NCBI GenBank assembly: GCA_964057225.1
Contig: OZ059898.1
Coordinates: forward strand, 10,726,001-10,790,000
Reading direction: 5' to 3'
Source: Auanema rhodensis
Taxonomy: Eukaryota; Animalia; Nematoda
Length of the DNA stretch: 64,000 bases
Under the pieces are notes generated by a model, which was given only the letters and a program-made list of their open reading frames with translations, was not told the DNA's origin and did no database searches. Both the position numbers and the translations under genes were made by a program. Positions 58,140 through 64,000 of this stretch are shown here, piece by piece; position 1 is the stretch's first letter, and each line of letters opens with the position of its first letter.

Positions 58140-61100
58140 ATGAGGTGTGTAGGAAAAGCCTGTTTTGGAGCAACAGTCATAACAGGACAAGATGAGGGCG
58201 GTAGAACATGCTCAAATGGTCTGCCGGTTGTCCCGGCGTCAGTTCGTATGCTTGGACGGTTTCAAGCATTGAAGAAGTTGGATCATCCCAACCTATGCCA
58301 ATATATAGAATTGATAAGGTGTACTTTGGGTGAGAAATTGTTCTGATGGCAGTACTAATTAAGCGATTACGTTTTTAGCCCAAAATTCGGCTATCTTGGT
58401 ATCAGAACATTTCGAACAGTCACTACGCGATTTGATTCCGATAATTAGGTTTGTGTTACTGGTTCTATAACTTCAAGACATATTAACATGTATGTTTGAT
58501 GTAGGTCTGATATTATAACGGATATAGCAGTTCAAGTAGTCTCAGCGCTGAAATATCTACATGAAAATCACATATGTACAGGGATTCTACGCCCTAATAC
58601 CGTTCTATGCTTTGATCATCGTTCAAATTATGTCATTCGCTTATCGCAATATGGAATTTGGTAGAACTTTTTATATTATTATTGATATAACTTTCTGTAG
58701 TCGTGTCACTGATGGAGGCGTGGATATGGTTGATCCTTTATACTCAGAACATGGCATATCTCCTGAACAGCTGTTGAGGAAAAATAGCTCCAAAGCTTTC
58801 GCAACAATTAAAACAGATGTTTGGGCTCTCGGAATTCTTTTATTTGAATTAGCTACGGTTCGGTAAAAAGTACTTAAAAAGTGTAAGCTGTCGCTTTAGG
58901 GAGTTCTACTAGAAAGTGTTTGGTCTATTAATCAGTATCTCGCCATTCTGGAATCTGCTTTAACTTTTAGTAATATCAAGAAAAACTTATAGTTTAACAT
59001 AACTAAATAAATAATTTAAATCCAGAGCCCATCAGTTTATACAATAAACTGCTAACAACTCTGAAAAACTCTAAATGTGGAACTGTTCGGGAACCAAGTG
59101 CTGAAATGGCTGGTATAATAGAAAAATGTCTACGCCTGTTGCCTTCACAGGTATTTCTTTTGTAATATTTCCGAAAATGAGATTCTGTGCTTTATGATTT
59201 AAATTTTACAACTTTTAATTTATGAGCTATTGCTCAACAATCTGCGCGATATTGTCGTAGCTTAAGCAACCGCCTGTACAATGCAACCCGGGTATTCCAC
59301 AACAATTGTGCGGCTGCTATGTCCCAGCACTACAATGCTCTTTTTCTCATTCAGTTGTAATGGCTAAGTCCTGCTTACATTTTTAAGCTAAAATTGATAC
59401 TTCAAAATGATATTTAAATGTCTTCAAAATTAAATGATAATTATGACTGCAGCGTCCTACTGCTGATGATTTGGTTACTGAAATGAGTAGCACCTTAAAC
59501 TATAAACGTTCAAATGTTGATGTAGAGACTATTCAAGAAATGACCGGTCAGAAATACTTTTTCTTACTGTATAACTGTAAATATGCGTTCAGAAAGAGTA
59601 AATACTGGAGGTGATGACTGGAAGTTAACTGAGCTTCGTGTCGAAGAAGCTTTTTTTCTATGGAAATTATGTGGAGCTTCACCAGAGAGCATTTTGATTA
59701 AGAATGGCATAATTAAACTCCAATTTCCTATTAATACCATCCCTTTGTACATAAATTGTCTGAGCAATATTGTAGTAAGTTTTGGTCTTTTTAGGTTAGT
59801 TGTTGAAGATGCGCGTCTATTTGGAAATGAAGAAGGCAGAACATTCCGGGTTAAATGCAACATATTTCCTCTTACGATGAAAAATCTAAAAGAGGTGTGT
59901 CACATTCATTGATGAAGCTTCACAGTATTATGTTATTATAGAAGCTATTATCCATGGATGATGATGCTTTTCTGCATTCTGTAGAACTTGATGGAGTGCC
60001 CAAGCAATCAACCGATCTGAGCATAATTGTAAAAGAGAAAGACGTCACATATCAAGTATGTATTCTATGTTTATGAATTTTTGATATTTTCAAGTACAAT
60101 TCATATATATATATATATTAGTTATCTCGTACCCTTTTAATACGTCATCTAATAAATGGCCGATACTTTCATAATTTACTGCCAATAGCAGTGTCTGGAG
60201 ACATACCTCCGTTAGTTCGTGGAGCAGGTTTTGGTAAATTTCATTTTGCTTTTATATTTAAGTGTTTCAGTATGGTCTTGTTTATTAGGCTTCAAGGAAA
60301 GCGATAGAATACGCTTTTTTACCTTAGATACATTGGCATCTCACACTAGTGATCGACAGCTTGATGTGGATATTCCACGATGTCACCAAGTATCTATGTG
60401 TTTTCTAATAATGAGGTTTTAAAACCATTTGTAGTATGAGGAGCTAATGACATCACCAGCTGCCCACGCTCAACTCCGTCGACTAATCAAAGGTTGGCTG
60501 CTCTCGCATCCCCAATATGTATATTGGCAAGGCTGTGATAGTTTAACAGCACCTTTTCTACTTTTACATTTCAACGACCCTGGTAAGTTTTCAGATCTTA
60601 ATCTCGTTCTTTAATCAAATGGTTTCAGTGGTTGCATTATCTTCGCTGACGGCATTTATACAAAAATATTTGAAGAATTTCTTCTTGAAGGATAACTCTG
60701 ATGTTATTCAAGGTCTATATTCATGAAAAATAGCATAAAAGTATTAATCTTTAGAATATCTTGCTGTTTTTAACCATTTACTGGCGTATGTTGATTCTCA
60801 TCTATACTTCCAGCTAGCAGACCTAGACTTCTATCCGGAACTTTTTGCCATTCCATGGTACTCGATCCTTTTTTTATAATTTTAGCATGACTTGATTAGG
60901 TTTTTAACATGCTTCGCTCACGTACTACCATTGCATAAGCTATTCCATGTTTGGGATGTTCTTTTACTCAAAGATTCATCATTTCCACTTTTCATAGGTA
61001 GCATTTATCACGTTATGTGGGTTCTTAACCTTCTTGTTTTAGGACTGGCCATTTTGAGACAATTGCGGCAGCGTTTGATTGATGCATCTTTCAATGATGC

Positions 61101-61811
61101 TATACTTTTATTTTCAGATTTACCTGGTAGTTAAAGCTTACTTTCTCTTAATTCAACTTTTACAGATTTGTCTATGGAGCGAGTAATATCTGATTCTCTT
61201 ATGTTTTATGAACGAGTGCCTCCAAGTTGTGCTTTCAGGCTTCATGGAGATCCGCAATCAAGTACATATATAATCTGATTCTAAAAACATAATTTGTTTT
61301 ATGCCTGAGACCAGATGAACCTGGATGTCGTATTCCTTCATTTACTCAAATGAGCCATCATGAGCTAAAGACATGGGATTGCCCTCGTATAAGTAAGGAA
61401 GAGTTTGTCTGGCGCGTAATTCACGAGTTGATTGTGGTTGTTGACATCAGAAATCAGAATGAGTATATTAACAATGATTATTATCTATGATCATTGATGT
61501 TTTCAATTCTAGCTTTCATCGTGGATCTGTTGTTCGTTCTCTGTCGTATCCGAATCCATTAGATTCTGCTCTTCTGAACATAGTCGAGCCTTTAAAAATC
61601 GCTCAAAAAAAATTTCATCCAATTTGTGTAATTGGAGGCAAAGATTTGGATGCAACTCGAGCCGTAAGTAGTAGTATATGAACGTATTATAACGTATTAC
61701 AAAGTTCAGTTTTCATCTATGTTGGTACGAAAACGATACGATGGAGTATGCGTTTTAGATGGTGGTTTCGAAGTGATTCGTGATAATCGTTCAATAATTG
61801 GAGTTAATTAG
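58140..61811 (+). CDS. tbck-1: TBCK: pseudokinase + TBC (RabGAP) + rhodanese-like domain protein
   Basis: ttattag|atATG start; [32 protein letters not shown]; [14 protein letters not shown]; TBC catalytic fingers [13 protein letters not shown] and YWQG; [17 protein letters not shown]; rhodanese VVDIR...VCVLDGG; stop TAG 61809-61811. Confidence 0.95.
59223..59370 (-). ncRNA. Candidate three-hairpin structured RNA antisense within a TBCK intron (class unknown)
   Basis: Island of roughly 50% GC in a 302-nt intron (59151-59452). Three consecutive stems whose plus-strand C/A mismatches become G-U pairs on the minus strand. Confidence 0.45.
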
Positions 61812-64000
61812 TATAGTTTTCATAATAAGCGAACTTTTATACTTGTCTGTATGTATTTATTATATTTTATATATATTTATTCGTTTTTGAATTCTCAATG
61901 TCTGTGATTATTACTGTGATCTGTCTACATAATTTTGCATAATATTCTGTATAATATTACTTAAGTAATTAAATAATTATTGTTCCACTCTCTAATAAGA
62001 CTGAAAATAAGTAAGAAAAATCAAATAATAGAGTATTAAACGTAAACATTGTAGAAGAATATTTTTAAGTTTGCTTACAAACTATCCACTATTTACCTGT
62101 ATGTCTACATATTTTGGTATATTGCATCCTAGGAAGCGGTTGTGGACTTGTACAACCTACAAAATCTTACTCTTTTTCATCTATTTGTACCTTAAAGCTC
62201 AACCGTTCATTAAATTTATTAGTAGCTTGCATAGGCGGTAGAGATAAAGTGAGTTCATTGAAATCGTTTTTTTTTAATTTCCGACTTTATCATGGTGTGA
62301 ACATTATCGGCTTTCTTTGAACTAAAAGGTTTGTTCAGTTCCAATGATTTTAATAAGACATTCAGATGTTATTCTGATTTCAGCTTCAGTCATATTTCCA
62401 AATTTTGCCATATGTTTTGATTTAATTATCATATTATAGTAATCTTTGACATATTTCTTCTGATGCATTTGCAATGCCGGCCATCAACACGGCCCTACTT
62501 GTCCTACCGATGCTTTATCTTGCAGGCCGAGACTGAAATGCATTGATAAGATAGAGCTGACCTTTCCATCTTATGTTTTTAATCAAACTTCACTAGGTAG
62601 TTCTACAAGAATCTTGCTCATTTGGAGAGGATCGTTCACATCTCTCTTGTTTGATGAGGAGTTGGAAAAATGTATAAGCTTATTTTTGCCCTCCACCTAA
62701 CTCAAAAAGAATATTTTGTTCAGCTCAAGATATTGTATTTGTTTATTTTTATTGTATTGCAAAAATATGAATTAAATGAACCAAGGTCTACCTTGCAACA
62801 ATTCATCCAACAATTCAAATTTGTTCATCCAGCAATTCAACAAGAACCGTTTGCTCATTTTTCGACATCAGTTTAATGAATCGTTATCAGTTTTTCGTCA
62901 TACCATTTAAAGCCATATTAAACGTGAAATTCAGACAATTTTAAGATTTGTTTCTAAGAACCCTTTATTGAATGATCGATAAAAGTATCATTTCATCATA
63001 TCTTTTGCTCTGGATACATTCTTCAAAAATAATTTTGTGTTCATTCAGTGATATTTCATCTGTAATATTAGTTTATTTGTGTGCTTGTTTCTTATTTCAA
63101 CAACATTTACATGCATTTCCCTTGCTGATTAAGTTTTCTGCTTAATAACCAATTGAACAGATTACAATTTCACCCCACATATCGACTTTATAGTGCAGAA
63201 TCAGCCAGAAGCAGAGCCATGGACCATAACTTGAGTCCGCACCTTTCTTGTATAGGTGGTACAAAAGTTTACTGTGCTCCCTACCCTCATACTTCTCTCT
63301 ATCATTCTCTGTTTTCTCTCTCTTATCATCAACTTTTATATTTCTCCCTCTCTCTCTTGCTCTCTTTGTGTTTGACATGTAGTGTTCTTTCTTTTCTAAT
63401 GTTTTTTATCCATACCATGTTCTTGTCTTTCTGTTCCTCTTCTGTCTAATGCAAAAGCCTTTAACCACTCTTCTCATGTTTTTCTTAATAGATATTAGCA
63501 TCGATTGAATTTTCTACTGTTTTATTAGGATTATAGAGGGTACTAGACTGTTTTTCAATTCATTTTTTCCTTATTACTTATTGTGAACATTTTCTGATTA
63601 CGCTACATCTATGATCATATCAATGCAGCCAGCCTTATATTGTCTAACATTTTGAACCAAACTTATAGTAAGCGTAAAACTAATAATATTTTTGAAATTT
63701 GTTTCATATTCTTTCAACTATTTCATGTTTCTCTAGCACGTCTAATGAGTTTTTTGTTTCTTCAAATTTCACTGTTTAATCCCTTCTTATTTTAATTCAA
63801 TCTTTATATCATCGCATAATACTCACTTCATATTGGCAATCCCACACTTATTAAAATTTATTTTTGAAAAACTATTGTTTTATAGATTTAAAGCGATGTC
63901 ACAAATTGAATGGAATCAGATGCAATCATACGATCCATTTACTAACCCATGGCCTAATACTCATACTCATATGCAAGTTCCTGATCAGCAAATAGGTTGG

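Overview
AT-rich eukaryotic DNA from a rhabditid-type nematode, with many introns of about 40-60 nt and trans-splice-like acceptors just before start codons. Seven multi-exon genes were reconstructed by hand. In order: the 5' part of an arrestin-domain gene (-, runs off the left edge); an ACC/LGC-46-like Cys-loop anion channel (+); PNUTS/PPP1R10 (+); unc-10/RIM (-); then about 15.7 kb of gene-free, strand-polarised GA-rich DNA; pix-1/betaPIX (-); eIF4A/inf-1 (+); and TBCK (+). The last two have operon-like spacing. No rRNA, canonical tRNA, CRISPR array or intact transposon was recognised. The main unexplained signals are: (i) a three-hairpin element in the only long TBCK intron, whose G-U pattern favours the antisense strand; (ii) two oversized PNUTS introns, one highly structured and one holding a cryptic exon that would remove the PP1-docking half, a candidate autoregulatory circuit; (iii) a probable eIF4A-TBCK operon; (iv) a splice switch and AUGA-chained uORFs in the channel leader; (v) a double DR2 nuclear-receptor element; and (vi) alternative or terminating exons and a miR-51/100-family site in unc-10. 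Exon boundaries and RNA folds were derived by eye and need computational and RNA confirmation.
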